Sequence record: OR538032.1
DNA length: 64,000 nt
Strand: one strand, 5' to 3'
A model generated the notes under the pieces. That model made no database searches, was not told the DNA's origin, and saw only the letters and a list, made by a program, of their open reading frames with translations. The stretch's first letter is position 1; the number at the start of each line of letters is the position of its first letter. A program made the position numbers and the translations under genes. Shown here one piece after another: positions 8,877 to 18,516 of the stretch.

Positions 8877-9233
8877 ATGTTTAACGCTACTACTGTTCTG
8901 AATCAACTAACTGCTTCAAACCATGGTCATTCACGTCTTGTTGCTATGACTGGTGCTAAGAATATCATGCAATCTGTAGAAAATCGTTTTGTTTCTTTCA
9001 AGTTGCCGAAAGCAGTACGTGGTATTAACTACGTGAAAATCACTCTGACTGACGCTGATTTGTATGATATTGAGTTTGGTAAGCAATCTAGCAAAGCTTG
9101 TCCAGACATGAAAGCAATTGGTATTAAAGTGATGATGCCGCATTACGCTCAGAAGAAAGTCGTAAATGGTGTATACAACGACATGCTAAAAGAGATTTTC
9201 GAGCAAGAAACTGGTCTTTATTTGTCACTTTAA
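8877..9233 (+). CDS. Hypothetical early protein
   Basis: First gene after early promoter. Confidence 0.75.
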   Translation: MFNATTVLNQLTASNHGHSRLVAMTGAKNIMQSVENRFVSFKLPKAVRGINYVKITLTDADLYDIEFGKQSSKACPDMKAIGIKVMMPHYAQKKVVNGVYNDMLKEIFEQETGLYLSL

Positions 9234-9235
9234 GC

Positions 9236-9312
9236 AAAAAGTGGTTGCATGGTGTAGCCACTTACTGTATTATCTCTATATCGAAACGAGAACGACTAAC
9301 AGAGAGAACATT
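9236..9312 (+). promoter_or_regulatory. Fused terminator / early promoter
   Basis: AAGTGGTTGC-ATGGT-GTAGCCACTT; TTGCAT-17-TATTAT; ATCGAAACGA...GAGAGAACATTATG. Confidence 0.8.
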
Positions 9313-9594
9313 ATGTTTAACCAAGTAGAAAGCAAAATCCGTGAATTCAAGACACGCATCGAAGCTAACGAAGAGCCGACTATCGTATGGCCCGAGTTAG
9401 CAGAGTACATCGAAACGCTATTGAAATTCGCTGGTGTTACTATTGGTTGGGGTGATTTCAATGAAATGATTATTGAACATATCTCTAGTTGGGAAGATGT
9501 ATCGTGGGAATACACTGAAGCGCGTTACCAGCCAAACAACATTGAGCTTGTGAAGTCTATTCTATTGCCATTTGCAGTGTTCAAAAACTACTAA
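9313..9594 (+). CDS. Hypothetical early protein
   Basis: Start at leader ATG 9313 (track start lies inside the promoter). Confidence 0.75.
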   Translation: MFNQVESKIREFKTRIEANEEPTIVWPELAEYIETLLKFAGVTIGWGDFNEMIIEHISSWEDVSWEYTEARYQPNNIELVKSILLPFAVFKNY

Positions 9595-9617
9595 TTCGCC
9601 AAAAAAGAGAGAAAATT

Positions 9618-10007
9618 ATGCAAAATAACACCGAAATTCGCCGTGTAATCAGCGAAAAAGCACTTGAATTACGTCAAAACACCGAGATTTTGAGTGATGA
9701 CGACTCTTACACGTGTCATATTCTTGAAGATCACGTTGCTGACACGCTTGGCGAGCATTGTCGCTTAGAAAGTATGCTTCTCATTCATGATCTTGGTATT
9801 GCTTTTTGTAAGCATGTACGCGCTGAACCAGAAGCTGTTTTCGGTCGTGAATTGAATTCAACCACGGTTGAATACATCGACGAGATACTTACACACAAGC
9901 TTACTGCATTTGTACATAGCATTTCGCGTTCATTTGACGATGACGAAGGTATTGAGTTTGCAGATGTGCGTAAAGCATGGTTAAAATTCTTGATTAATTC
10001 ACTATAA
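9618..10007 (+). CDS. Hypothetical protein, paralogue of 10344-10757
   Basis: AFVHSISRSF...RKAWLKFL motif. Confidence 0.75.
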   Translation: MQNNTEIRRVISEKALELRQNTEILSDDDSYTCHILEDHVADTLGEHCRLESMLLIHDLGIAFCKHVRAEPEAVFGRELNSTTVEYIDEILTHKLTAFVHSISRSFDDDEGIEFADVRKAWLKFLINSL

Positions 10008-10011
10008 AGTG

Positions 10012-10083
10012 CAAAAAGTGGTTGCGTGCTGTAGCCACTTTCTGTATTATCTCTATATCGAAACGAGATACAGAGAGAACATT
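10012..10083 (+). promoter_or_regulatory. Fused terminator / early promoter
   Basis: AAAGTGGTTGC-GTGCT-GTAGCCACTTT; TATTAT; ATCGAAACGAGA leader. Confidence 0.8.
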
Positions 10084-10332
10084 ATGAACTTAATCACACG
10101 CAGCAAAATCAATCACGATTCACTTTGGCTTAAAATCATTGCTTCTGACAAGAGCGAAGTAAAGCTATTCATCGGTCGTACTGGTGTAAAAATCAGTCAC
10201 AAAACGACTGCTGCTTCAGCTACTGTTATTCGTGAAGTTGCGAACAACGTAAACAAAATGTTCAATGAGCTATACAAGAGTGGTTTGCCTTACGGTCAAA
10301 TCATTGAGAAAATCGAAGCCGCTTACAAATAA
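10084..10332 (+). CDS. Hypothetical early protein
   Basis: Start at leader ATG 10084. Confidence 0.75.
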   Translation: MNLITRSKINHDSLWLKIIASDKSEVKLFIGRTGVKISHKTTAASATVIREVANNVNKMFNELYKSGLPYGQIIEKIEAAYK

Positions 10333-10343
10333 GGGATAAAAAT

Positions 10344-10757
10344 ATGTCTTACAATGTCGTGCCAGTTATTAAGAAAACAGCTTTAGCCATGTCTGAAGAC
10401 GATTCACTCTTACGTGACACGTTCGCGTATAGCTGCTGTGTCGTCTGTGATAAGGCAGCACTTGAAATCGACGATGAATTGCCAGAGAGTGATTATGCCG
10501 TAATCTGGACAACTTGCAATCGCTTTGTTGAAAAAGCAGGTGAAGCGTTCTTGCGTCGAGTAATTGCCGATACCAAGTCTGTCCTTGGCTTTGATATACC
10601 GCAATTGGTTAAAAACGAGATTCTAGAAGATCTTGAATACGATATGGTTGGTGCTTTTGTTCATACACTAGCGCGTTCATACGGGCCGTTGAATGAAGAG
10701 CATTTTGTACTTGCTCGTAAAGCATGGCTGCAATTTTTATCAAAATATGAGGGTTAG
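10344..10757 (+). CDS. Hypothetical protein, paralogue of 9618-10007
   Basis: AFVHTLARSY...RKAWLQFL motif. Confidence 0.75.
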   Translation: MSYNVVPVIKKTALAMSEDDSLLRDTFAYSCCVVCDKAALEIDDELPESDYAVIWTTCNRFVEKAGEAFLRRVIADTKSVLGFDIPQLVKNEILEDLEYDMVGAFVHTLARSYGPLNEEHFVLARKAWLQFLSKYEG

Positions 10758-10759
10758 AA

Positions 10760-11110
10760 ATGACTTTAGCTGAATTAGCAGTAGACCATCCGTATTACTG
10801 TGCTGACTGTAATTACTACAGTCGCGAAGCTGGTGCAACTTACGACACAATGAAAGAGTTTTTAGACGAGTTCGAAGACGCTGACGTTGACTACAACCTT
10901 GTTTTTCGTTGGGATGTAAAGCCGATTTTAGACGATGAACACGACAAGCCAACTGGTGAGTTTTACGCTGAAGTCTTTATCATGCAGCAACGCAAAGGTA
11001 TTTTCGCGCCGTTTTACATTCGTTCTATTACGGAAGATGACGTGCCGCGTTTTGTCGAGTACTTGAAGCCGCATAAAGAACGCCTTGAAGAAATCTGGAT
11101 GCCGCTATGA
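10760..11110 (+). CDS. Hypothetical protein
   Basis: HPYYC...NLVFRWD motifs; RBS GAGG. Confidence 0.7.
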   Translation: MTLAELAVDHPYYCADCNYYSREAGATYDTMKEFLDEFEDADVDYNLVFRWDVKPILDDEHDKPTGEFYAEVFIMQQRKGIFAPFYIRSITEDDVPRFVEYLKPHKERLEEIWMPL

Positions 11111-11355
11111 TTCTGAATATCTTAATGTGGTACTTCGGGATTGCACTTGTGTACTTTCTTTACTGTGAAGCACACGACTGGATTTTGTACTTCAAGAACG
11201 GTCGTCGTGCAGACAACAAGTTCCCGATTACACACTCTGGCACTCATACGCTTTATTTGTTTATGGGTTTATTATGGTTCCCTTTGATGTTACTTTTGTT
11301 AAAGTGTGAACTTGAACTGCGTTTTAAAATGGTGAAACTATGGCTGAAGAAGTAA
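11107..11355 (+). CDS. Membrane protein
   Basis: Two hydrophobic segments; ATGA coupling. Confidence 0.65.
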   Translation: MILNILMWYFGIALVYFLYCEAHDWILYFKNGRRADNKFPITHSGTHTLYLFMGLLWFPLMLLLLKCELELRFKMVKLWLKK

Positions 11356-11651
11356 AAGACTATGACCGCGCTGTTGTCGTGATCAACTACAAGAGTGGTA
11401 GAGCCGTTGCGTTTTGGGTTTATTCCTTTACGCATGAAGAAACGATGCGTGGCGCGTCTGTTGAGTGGCATTCAGCGACCAATCCGCTTGATGAAAAAGA
11501 GAGTAATGAACTTCGTGAGCGTTTAGCACGTCAGAACATTGCATTGTTAGAAGACCCAGTTCGACTCGCTACCGACGTTTCAGACATTGAAAGTATCTGG
11601 GTAGCAGAGCGTTATCTAGGTCAAGATGGGGAAATTCCAGAAGATGAGTGA
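11340..11651 (+). CDS. Hypothetical protein
   Basis: Overlapping operon gene. Confidence 0.65.
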   Translation: MAEEVKDYDRAVVVINYKSGRAVAFWVYSFTHEETMRGASVEWHSATNPLDEKESNELRERLARQNIALLEDPVRLATDVSDIESIWVAERYLGQDGEIPEDE

Positions 11652-11874
11652 TTTAATTGCAGGTATTGTCGGCGTGTTCGTCGTCCTTTTCATGGCAATT
11701 GTCGGTCTAGTGTGGTCGATTATTGAGTTTATCATTGGTGTGCTTGTGCTACTAGGGGCAGTAGTAGTGGGTATTATCGCGACTGTACTAGGCGCTGCAA
11801 TTGCAACGATTGCATGGCCATTTGTAGAAGCGCGAAAAGCTTACAAAGAACACCGTCGCAAGAAGAATGATTAA
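11644..11874 (+). CDS. Membrane protein
   Basis: Long hydrophobic hairpin with basic tail; start MSDLI. Confidence 0.65.
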   Translation: MSDLIAGIVGVFVVLFMAIVGLVWSIIEFIIGVLVLLGAVVVGIIATVLGAAIATIAWPFVEARKAYKEHRRKKND

Positions 11875-12187
11875 TCTAAGATCATTGATTGCCAGAGTCA
11901 AACAAGAACGTGATGGCCCCGTAATGGATGAATGTCGCTGTACTGTATGTCATAAAGACTTTGCAGTTGCAGATTGCATTCATGATTACGGGCATCATGA
12001 CGGTTGGGAAATGCCGCCTTATACTGAAATTCAATGTCCCGAATGTGAATGTGGCGGTTGTATTGAAGATTTCTGGTCGAGCGATAAAGCCGTTCTTGAA
12101 TATGGTGAATATCTTCAAGAGCACGAATCGAGTCGATTTGAAGAATACAAGTCGTATTTCCCAGATGTGTATGGAGAGACAAAATGA
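11867..12187 (+). CDS. Zn-ribbon hypothetical protein
   Basis: CTVC ... CPEC. Confidence 0.65.
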   Translation: MINLRSLIARVKQERDGPVMDECRCTVCHKDFAVADCIHDYGHHDGWEMPPYTEIQCPECECGGCIEDFWSSDKAVLEYGEYLQEHESSRFEEYKSYFPDVYGETK

Positions 12188-12618
12188 TTTACCGTTTCTG
12201 GAAAACACCCGATAATATCTGTCTCATTGAAATGACAGACGACCATGCCAACGAAGGCACACGAGCTTACATGACCGATATGCATGATCTATACAATGAA
12301 AATCATGGTCGTTATATGCTTCTTGGTAACGTTCATTCTTGGGGTACGATTGACTTCACCACTTACGATATCCGTGAGTTACGTTGTCTCGGTTCGATTG
12401 AAACTGAAGAACTGACGCTTTCGGCACAAGATAAATCAGTCTTGTCTCGGACGGTTGGTAAAGAAGGGTTCGATTACGCCATGTTGCATTACAGCGATTA
12501 CCAGTCTGTAGAGTATAATGTCGTCGAGTCAAGAGAGTTTCACGCGCTGAGAAACAACTTGATTAACGCACGAACTGAACTCGAAACGTGGTTACAGCTA
12601 CAAGGGATAGTAGAATGA
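12184..12618 (+). CDS. Hypothetical protein
   Basis: ATGA coupling; RBS GGAG. Confidence 0.7.
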   Translation: MIYRFWKTPDNICLIEMTDDHANEGTRAYMTDMHDLYNENHGRYMLLGNVHSWGTIDFTTYDIRELRCLGSIETEELTLSAQDKSVLSRTVGKEGFDYAMLHYSDYQSVEYNVVESREFHALRNNLINARTELETWLQLQGIVE

Positions 12619-12800
12619 ACGTAGGTGATGTTGTTAAAGTCACTGCTGCGCCAGCTAGTCGTTATCACAACATCGACGGTCAGCCAGTGACTATAATTGC
12701 AATTACTGAACATGACAACAAGCCGTTGTACGTGTTCTTTCATGGCGGTCAGAACGGCACTGGTTATGGTGCAATGCAAGAACACGGGTTTAAACGATGA
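12615..12800 (+). CDS. Small SH3/KOW-like hypothetical protein
   Basis: MNVGDVVKV start; ATGA coupling. Confidence 0.6.
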   Translation: MNVGDVVKVTAAPASRYHNIDGQPVTIIAITEHDNKPLYVFFHGGQNGTGYGAMQEHGFKR

Positions 12801-12952
12801 ACAAAATGTACGCCGTCCGTTCTTCTCTATACGGGTTGTTATGGAAAGTCGTTATCTTCGCGGACAACTACGACCGCAGAACTGTTTCATATCATTTCAC
12901 TTACAACGGGGCTTATGAGCTTTGTCGTAAGCTAAACGAGGAAAGGCAATGA
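12797..12952 (+). CDS. Hypothetical protein, 51 aa
   Basis: ATGA-coupled at both ends; hand-translated. Confidence 0.55.
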   Translation: MNKMYAVRSSLYGLLWKVVIFADNYDRRTVSYHFTYNGAYELCRKLNEERQ

Positions 12953-13416
12953 TACAGGTACAACAAGTTTCACTAGACATTGACCAATGGCTTGAATATG
13001 CTTTGCAGAAATTCGAAGACGCGAAATCGCAATATCTCAAAGCCGTTGCTACAGCGAATGCATTCTCATGGAAGAAAGAAGAGCCAGTTCTGGTGAAAAC
13101 GTTCTTCATGGAATACGGTGGTGAAAGTGATCCCCGTTATCTGCTTGAGTTCTGGTCTGAAGTCAATGCATATATTGACGAGCACACGAGCGACGACTGG
13201 CAGTTTTGTTGTATTGAAGAAAACGAGTATGACGCCAACGATGACCCGTATGAAGATTACGAAATGCTATCGACTTCTATTGCAGTATATGCAACGGTCA
13301 AAGGCGATGATTACACGCAGTCTGAAGAGTATCGAGCGTTGAAAGATGACGTTGATCGTTGTCTAGAGCATCTATTAGAATGCAAGGAAAATTTCAAGCG
13401 GGAGTTTAACAAATGA
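12949..13416 (+). CDS. Hypothetical acidic protein
   Basis: ATGA coupling. Confidence 0.7.
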   Translation: MIQVQQVSLDIDQWLEYALQKFEDAKSQYLKAVATANAFSWKKEEPVLVKTFFMEYGGESDPRYLLEFWSEVNAYIDEHTSDDWQFCCIEENEYDANDDPYEDYEMLSTSIAVYATVKGDDYTQSEEYRALKDDVDRCLEHLLECKENFKREFNK

Positions 13417-13739
13417 GCCAAATGGAATACAATAAAGGCGTATTGCACCCGGCTAGCAAGTCGATTGAAGAACTAGCTGAAGAACTAGTGACAGATTTAC
13501 CAAGCTATTACGATTCTAAAGTCGAATATCTCTTGGATAATCATGTCGATTATGGGCTAGTTTTGGTTTGTGACAAGCCTTACACTGTCACTTTTGAAGC
13601 CGAACGCGAAGATCTGTATCAGATTGCACGTGCTGACGTTCAAGAAAACGGTGATATTCATTTCGAGACGTATCACTATAACGGTGGTGCTCATTGGACT
13701 GAAGTTGTAGAAGGTGCATTACGTGAGGTTAAGCAATGA
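13413..13739 (+). CDS. Hypothetical protein
   Basis: ATGA coupling; RBS GGAG. Confidence 0.7.
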   Translation: MSQMEYNKGVLHPASKSIEELAEELVTDLPSYYDSKVEYLLDNHVDYGLVLVCDKPYTVTFEAEREDLYQIARADVQENGDIHFETYHYNGGAHWTEVVEGALREVKQ

Positions 13740-13909
13740 TCATTCTTGAGTTTATTTTTACTCTATTAGCCGCATACGCAGGGAACTACATCGGTCGTTA
13801 TATCACGGTGAATAATGGCACATACACTAAGCCGTACCCGTTTGCGTTTGAAAATCTAAATCACGAAGTCAATTGGGTATTGGCGATTGTACTAATGGTG
13901 ATTATCTAA
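13736..13909 (+). CDS. Small membrane protein, 57 aa
   Basis: ATGA start, TAATG overlap with tk. Confidence 0.55.
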   Translation: MIILEFIFTLLAAYAGNYIGRYITVNNGTYTKPYPFAFENLNHEVNWVLAIVLMVII

Positions 13910-14493
13910 TGGCAAAACTTTACTACAATTATTCCGCTATGAACGCGGGCAAATCTGCACAGCTATTACAAGCTGCTCATAACTACGAACAAACTGGTTC
14001 TACTGTGTGGTATTTTAACTACTATCAAGACGACCGTTTTGGTGGTGTTGGCAAGATCTCAAGTCGTATTGGCTTAGAGCATGACGCAGTGTTATACAGT
14101 GAAGAGTTCGATTTCATTGACTATGCTTTATTTGAGCGAGTTCCAGCCGCGATTTTCGTCGATGAATGTCAGTTCCTTACTGAGAAACAAGTACTTCAGC
14201 TTGCTACGCTGGTTGATCAGTACAACATTCCAGTGCTTTGTTACGGTATACGCAATGATTACATGGGTAATTTGTTTGCGGGTTCTGCTGCATTGATGTG
14301 TCATGCCGATGAGATTCGCGAAATCAAAGCCATGTGTTCAGTCGAGGGTTGTCATAAGAAAGCAACTCATATCGGCTTGTATATCGGTGGTGAGCGTGTA
14401 ACACAAGGCGAACAGACATATATTGGTGATACTGATTACCGTAGTATGTGTCGTAAGCATTTTCTAAGGGATGCAAATGGACAGAGTACTTGA
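13909..14493 (+). CDS. tk: Thymidine kinase
   Basis: YSAMNAGKS P-loop, FVDECQF, CYGIRNDY, Zn site C...C and SMCRKH. Confidence 0.93.
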   Translation: MAKLYYNYSAMNAGKSAQLLQAAHNYEQTGSTVWYFNYYQDDRFGGVGKISSRIGLEHDAVLYSEEFDFIDYALFERVPAAIFVDECQFLTEKQVLQLATLVDQYNIPVLCYGIRNDYMGNLFAGSAALMCHADEIREIKAMCSVEGCHKKATHIGLYIGGERVTQGEQTYIGDTDYRSMCRKHFLRDANGQST

Positions 14494-14779
14494 ATTGGAG
14501 TCGCAGATTGCGGCTCTGCAACGGGAATTACAAGACGAGCGTAACCGATGTCGTCATACTCGCGTTACATATGAGTTCAAGTCGAATACGGGTAATTACG
14601 ATCCGCATTCTGATTGCTACTGGAATGAAGTGCAGTGCATTGACTGCGGTTCTCGTATGCACTTCGACTCAGATGATGACAATGTGAATTATCGTCTTGC
14701 TGGTGTAATCGGTTCTGAAGGTAAAGTTGAGAAGCACGATTACGAGACATATTTGAAAGTGAAAAAGGAACTAGAATGA
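14477..14779 (+). CDS. Hypothetical Cys-containing protein
   Basis: Coiled coil then CRH...CIDC. Confidence 0.65.
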   Translation: MDRVLELESQIAALQRELQDERNRCRHTRVTYEFKSNTGNYDPHSDCYWNEVQCIDCGSRMHFDSDDDNVNYRLAGVIGSEGKVEKHDYETYLKVKKELE

Positions 14780-15126
14780 AGTACGTACGTTATACTGAAT
14801 TCAACGACAACGAAGGCGAGACATGGCATCGTTTTATCCCGATGACAGATCCGTGTTTAGACAAGTTTCTAGATGTCATGAAGCTAGTTGAAGATGACCC
14901 CGAAGAAGCGTATTCGATTGAAGTCGATGCCAACGGAAAGCTTGTCCAATACGATGAGTCATACGTAAAAGTGCTAGTGGACGAAGCAGCCATGTATATG
15001 AGCGGTTACATGAACATGTATGCCGTATGTAATATTAACGAAAAGCTATTCGAATGGGTTGCCGATGTCGAAAATGACGTTGAAGCAGTTTGCGAAATGC
15101 TATACAAGATGGGGTGGGCGAAATGA
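14776..15126 (+). CDS. Hypothetical protein
   Basis: ATGA coupling. Confidence 0.7.
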   Translation: MKYVRYTEFNDNEGETWHRFIPMTDPCLDKFLDVMKLVEDDPEEAYSIEVDANGKLVQYDESYVKVLVDEAAMYMSGYMNMYAVCNINEKLFEWVADVENDVEAVCEMLYKMGWAK

Positions 15127-15446
15127 GCCAAGCACTATATGACGCAGTAAAAGCGTACAACGACGAACATGGTTATTCAAACGAGCCAGATTCGATGTAC
15201 GAGACGTTTGTAGAATGTCTAAGCAAACGCATTGTACAAGAAGAAACTGAATCTGAGCATCGTTGGTATGATGTTCGTTCTGTTGTACATGCTGTTGACA
15301 TCGACGGGACAGAGCGATACTTCCAGACCTTTGATTATCATATTACTGGTGATAACTGTGCCAGTGACATGGATTTAGACATGCCGACGCTTGATGATGT
15401 AACAGAAGTTCATCCGCATCAAGTAACCATGACTGTTTACAAGTAA
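15123..15446 (+). CDS. Hypothetical acidic protein
   Basis: ATGA coupling; start MSQAL. Confidence 0.7.
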   Translation: MSQALYDAVKAYNDEHGYSNEPDSMYETFVECLSKRIVQEETESEHRWYDVRSVVHAVDIDGTERYFQTFDYHITGDNCASDMDLDMPTLDDVTEVHPHQVTMTVYK

Positions 15447-15739
15447 TGGACATCGGTACATTAACTGCGTTATGTGAGCGGGCAGCGTTGTTGTCTGTTC
15501 ACTTACCAGTTGAGAAGCGTGACCGTTGTCTATCTATGATTGATGTGCTTCTAGCGAATTCATATTGGCCCGATCTAAAGATTGGTGGATGGTTAGAGCA
15601 CATTATCACAGTGTGCATTGAAAACGGTATAACGACTATCGACGCAGAGCGTGAATTCAGCCGTCCGATAAAACATGCGTATTACAGAAGTATAGGTCTT
15701 GAACCGCCAGTTACTATTGACTTATCCAGAGCCCCTTAA
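15446..15739 (+). CDS. Hypothetical protein
   Basis: TAATG coupling; stop codon lies in terminator loop. Confidence 0.7.
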   Translation: MDIGTLTALCERAALLSVHLPVEKRDRCLSMIDVLLANSYWPDLKIGGWLEHIITVCIENGITTIDAEREFSRPIKHAYYRSIGLEPPVTIDLSRAP

Positions 15740-15752
15740 TTGGGGCTTTTTT
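15730..15752 (+). terminator. Intrinsic terminator (copy 1 of 3 identical)
   Basis: AGCCCC-TTAATT-GGGGCTTTTTT. Confidence 0.8.
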
Positions 15753-15782
15753 AGGTCTGAAGAAAAAGTTTAAGTTTTTTGC

Positions 15783-15875
15783 AAAAAGTGGTTGCATGGC
15801 GAATGGTAATCTCCTATTATAGCTACATCGAAACGAGATACACAATCTTAAACGACTTAACTAAGAGAGAACATT
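15783..15875 (+). promoter_or_regulatory. Early promoter and leader
   Basis: AAAAAGTGGTTGCAT...TATTATAGCTACATCGAAACGAGA...GAGAGAACATTATG. Confidence 0.75.
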
Positions 15876-16475
15876 ATGCCAAGCAATCTAAACAACATCA
15901 AAATCAAAGACATTCGCGAATTCGGTATCAGCACTATTTCATACAAAGATTTCACTATCTTTGCTACTGAAGAAGCTGACGAGATTGTTCTACGCGCTGC
16001 TGTAGAATACGATGAGAACTCAGACGCTCACGTATCAGTTACTGAAGTGTGTGGTGACACTCTGAAAGAAGCGAAAGCTTACCTACAAGCTGAATTGAAC
16101 GACGTTGAGCACACTGCTGGTCAGATTGCTGAAATGGCGATTGCACTCGACTTCACTGGTCAATACGACGTTCTAGTTGAGAAATTCAACGCGCCAAAAG
16201 CGAAGCCAGTTGCAGTAGTCGCTCCTGTAGCTAAAGTATCTGCTCCAGTAGAAGAGACTAAGCCAGCGCCTAAGAAGACTAACGCACGCGGTGCTGCTGC
16301 ACGTGAGCTAGTCGCTGAGAAAGCAACTGAAGTTACAGGTCTGACTGACATCACTTTCGAACAGCGTGGCAAATACAAAGACTGGTACATCATGGGTACT
16401 GACGCTGAAGGCGAAGCATTTGAGCAACGTCTAGACGTATTCAAGAAGAAACTAGTAGTAATGGGAGCATTGTAA
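15876..16475 (+). CDS. Hypothetical two-domain protein with Ala/Pro/Lys/Val linker
   Basis: Linker APKAKPVAVVAPVAKVSAPVEETKPAPKK. Confidence 0.75.
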   Translation: MPSNLNNIKIKDIREFGISTISYKDFTIFATEEADEIVLRAAVEYDENSDAHVSVTEVCGDTLKEAKAYLQAELNDVEHTAGQIAEMAIALDFTGQYDVLVEKFNAPKAKPVAVVAPVAKVSAPVEETKPAPKKTNARGAAARELVAEKATEVTGLTDITFEQRGKYKDWYIMGTDAEGEAFEQRLDVFKKKLVVMGAL

Positions 16476-16645
16476 TGGTTAATCAAGTACGACGTATCAA
16501 TGGTGATGATTACATTGTCAAGTCTCACCGTGACAACAAGTGTGAAGTACAAAAGCTTTCACATATTGAATTAGTTCTTGACACGTACGACGTTCACGAG
16601 CTAGAATCTTTCGAACTTATTACAACACTATCTGATACTTTTTAA
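16475..16645 (+). CDS. Hypothetical protein, 56 aa
   Basis: TAATG coupling; RBS GGAG; hand-translated. Confidence 0.55.
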   Translation: MVNQVRRINGDDYIVKSHRDNKCEVQKLSHIELVLDTYDVHELESFELITTLSDTF

Positions 16646-16654
16646 GGACATATT

Positions 16655-17215
16655 ATGAACATCAAAGCAGGTCAAATCGTAGTTTCAACGGCAACATCAC
16701 ACAAGTCAGTTGGCAAGAATGGCGAGTACGGATTGGTTATGCACGCCAACAACACTCTAGCAATCGTATATTGGCCAAACGCAGGTCGTTGTGTCAAACA
16801 GTTTTTCAAAAATGCGACTATTGCATATGCGCCGTCTAGAACTACGTTTAATACCAATATCAATCGCGATAAAGCCGAAGCTGCATACGCACAATACAAA
16901 AACGATACTAAACCAGCAAAACGCAAACAAGAAAGTGAAGATAATAGTCAACCGTCATTGAATACGCCGATGGGATATGCAGTTGCGTTGATGCGCAATG
17001 ACTTATCAGCACGAGAACTAATTTCGATGCATGATGGTCTTATTTCGTCTGAGCAAATGTATTTGAGACACGTTGAGCGAGTTACTGGCGAATCAGCCTC
17101 GATTCACAGTGCGAAGATACAGTTACAGAAAACACTGCGTGCTCAAGAGCTATCAGAAATCGACGCAGAGATTAAGCGCCTTGAGCAACTAAAAGCACAA
17201 CTTGCAAACAAATAA
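16655..17215 (+). CDS. Hypothetical protein (beta-rich N-terminus, coiled-coil C-terminus)
   Basis: RBS AAGGA; heptads at C-terminus. Confidence 0.7.
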   Translation: MNIKAGQIVVSTATSHKSVGKNGEYGLVMHANNTLAIVYWPNAGRCVKQFFKNATIAYAPSRTTFNTNINRDKAEAAYAQYKNDTKPAKRKQESEDNSQPSLNTPMGYAVALMRNDLSARELISMHDGLISSEQMYLRHVERVTGESASIHSAKIQLQKTLRAQELSEIDAEIKRLEQLKAQLANK

Positions 17216-17247
17216 AACTTTATACCCAAACTTGAGAGAAAAACATT

Positions 17248-17805
17248 ATGAACAAATCAGTACAACTAGTAATCGCATTCGCTGGAACTTACATGCCAAC
17301 TGCATACGAACTTGGTCAGAACTTCTATGATGAAAGCAAAAGCAAGACATATATTGACTCGGTGCGTCGTCAATGTGCTAAAGAGCTTGAAGAAGGCGTG
17401 AAAGCGGGATTGCTAACTCGTGTTAAAGGTAAGAAGTATGCTGGTTCAACTAAGTTCGCGCATCGTTACACATGTCGTAAGTACGCTGATAAGATTGGTC
17501 TAAAGAACGTACCTTACCGTGACGGTCGTAATGCTCCACCACGCACTGGCATTATTGCACTGATTGAAAAATGCGTTGCTGAAATGATTATCGACAAAAC
17601 GTACCGTCACAAGAAGTTCACTTCAAACGAAGTTGGTATCGCTACTGTCATTCAATACATTCGCGAAGGAAAAACACCTGCTGCACGCAAGATCTTGAGC
17701 AGCCACGCGAACACATATGAAAAGAACGTGAAGTACGTTGTTCGCAATCACCGTGGTGTTCTTGATGACAAAGGGCTTAACTTACGCGACTTAGTGAAAG
17801 CATAA
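17248..17805 (+). CDS. Basic hypothetical protein
   Basis: GAGAG leader; Lys/Arg-rich. Confidence 0.7.
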   Translation: MNKSVQLVIAFAGTYMPTAYELGQNFYDESKSKTYIDSVRRQCAKELEEGVKAGLLTRVKGKKYAGSTKFAHRYTCRKYADKIGLKNVPYRDGRNAPPRTGIIALIEKCVAEMIIDKTYRHKKFTSNEVGIATVIQYIREGKTPAARKILSSHANTYEKNVKYVVRNHRGVLDDKGLNLRDLVKA

Positions 17806-17851
17806 TGCAACCAATAGATGTAAGAGATAGAATTGAACACGGGGCTACCAA

Positions 17852-18445
17852 ATGCACAAAATGACAGTTCATGTATGTGACTACTGCGACTTTCAAAGCA
17901 TATTACCAAAAGAAGTCGAAGCGCATGAAAAGCGTTGCGCACAGCACGACACGTTTTTAAAAGTCAAAGCGATTCAGCAAGCACAAGCTCATGCCTATCT
18001 TGATACGATTCGATTGCGTGCATGTTCGTTCAAGCACTTGTTTGAAATCATTCAAGACGAGGAAGACATGATCATCGAAGCGGTTCAGGTGTTGCACTTC
18101 TACGGCGAAGAGCGTAAAACACCGCGTATGATGAACTTCAAATGGAAATACTGTCATTTCTGTCACGAGCACGAGCAGTTTCGAGAACAGCGCAAGACAC
18201 ACAGCGCGCCAGTCGGTGAGAAAACTTGCCCGATGTGGTCAGAAAACAAAGACGACATCAAGAGCGGTCTTGCTTGTGCTATTGAATGCACATGGGAACA
18301 TCAAGGTAGTCGTAAATCAGTAGATCGCTATCGTAAATACCTTGGTTATATTCCGGGTGTGAATACTGGCTCAGGTGGTGGTGTTGATAAAGTTCATTAC
18401 TATCTGACACTGTGGAAAGATGATTTCCCATTAATTCAAAAATAA
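17852..18445 (+). CDS. Hypothetical protein with N-terminal C2HC Zn finger
   Basis: CDYC...HEKRC; GVNTGSGGG near C-terminus. Confidence 0.7.
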   Translation: MHKMTVHVCDYCDFQSILPKEVEAHEKRCAQHDTFLKVKAIQQAQAHAYLDTIRLRACSFKHLFEIIQDEEDMIIEAVQVLHFYGEERKTPRMMNFKWKYCHFCHEHEQFREQRKTHSAPVGEKTCPMWSENKDDIKSGLACAIECTWEHQGSRKSVDRYRKYLGYIPGVNTGSGGGVDKVHYYLTLWKDDFPLIQK

Positions 18446-18449
18446 CCAA

Positions 18450-18516
18450 AGAAAGGGGTTGCTTCGGCAGCCCTTTTTGCGTATTATAGCTCTATCGAAA
18501 CGAAAGAGAGAACATT
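18450..18516 (+). promoter_or_regulatory. Fused terminator / early promoter
   Basis: GGGTTGC-TTCG-GCAGCCC-TTTTT; TTGCTT-17-TATTAT. Confidence 0.8.

Noticed and set aside
8798-10083. CRISPR-like array of repeated ~70-nt elements
   Set aside because: The repeats are promoters separated by whole genes, not by 30-40 nt spacers; no cas genes are present.
16160-16552. Long minus-strand ORFs (also 28391-28765, 19239-19655, 46564-47025, 60180-60527 and similar)
   Set aside because: They lie wholly antisense to well-supported + genes, with no RBS or motifs; typical codon-bias shadows.
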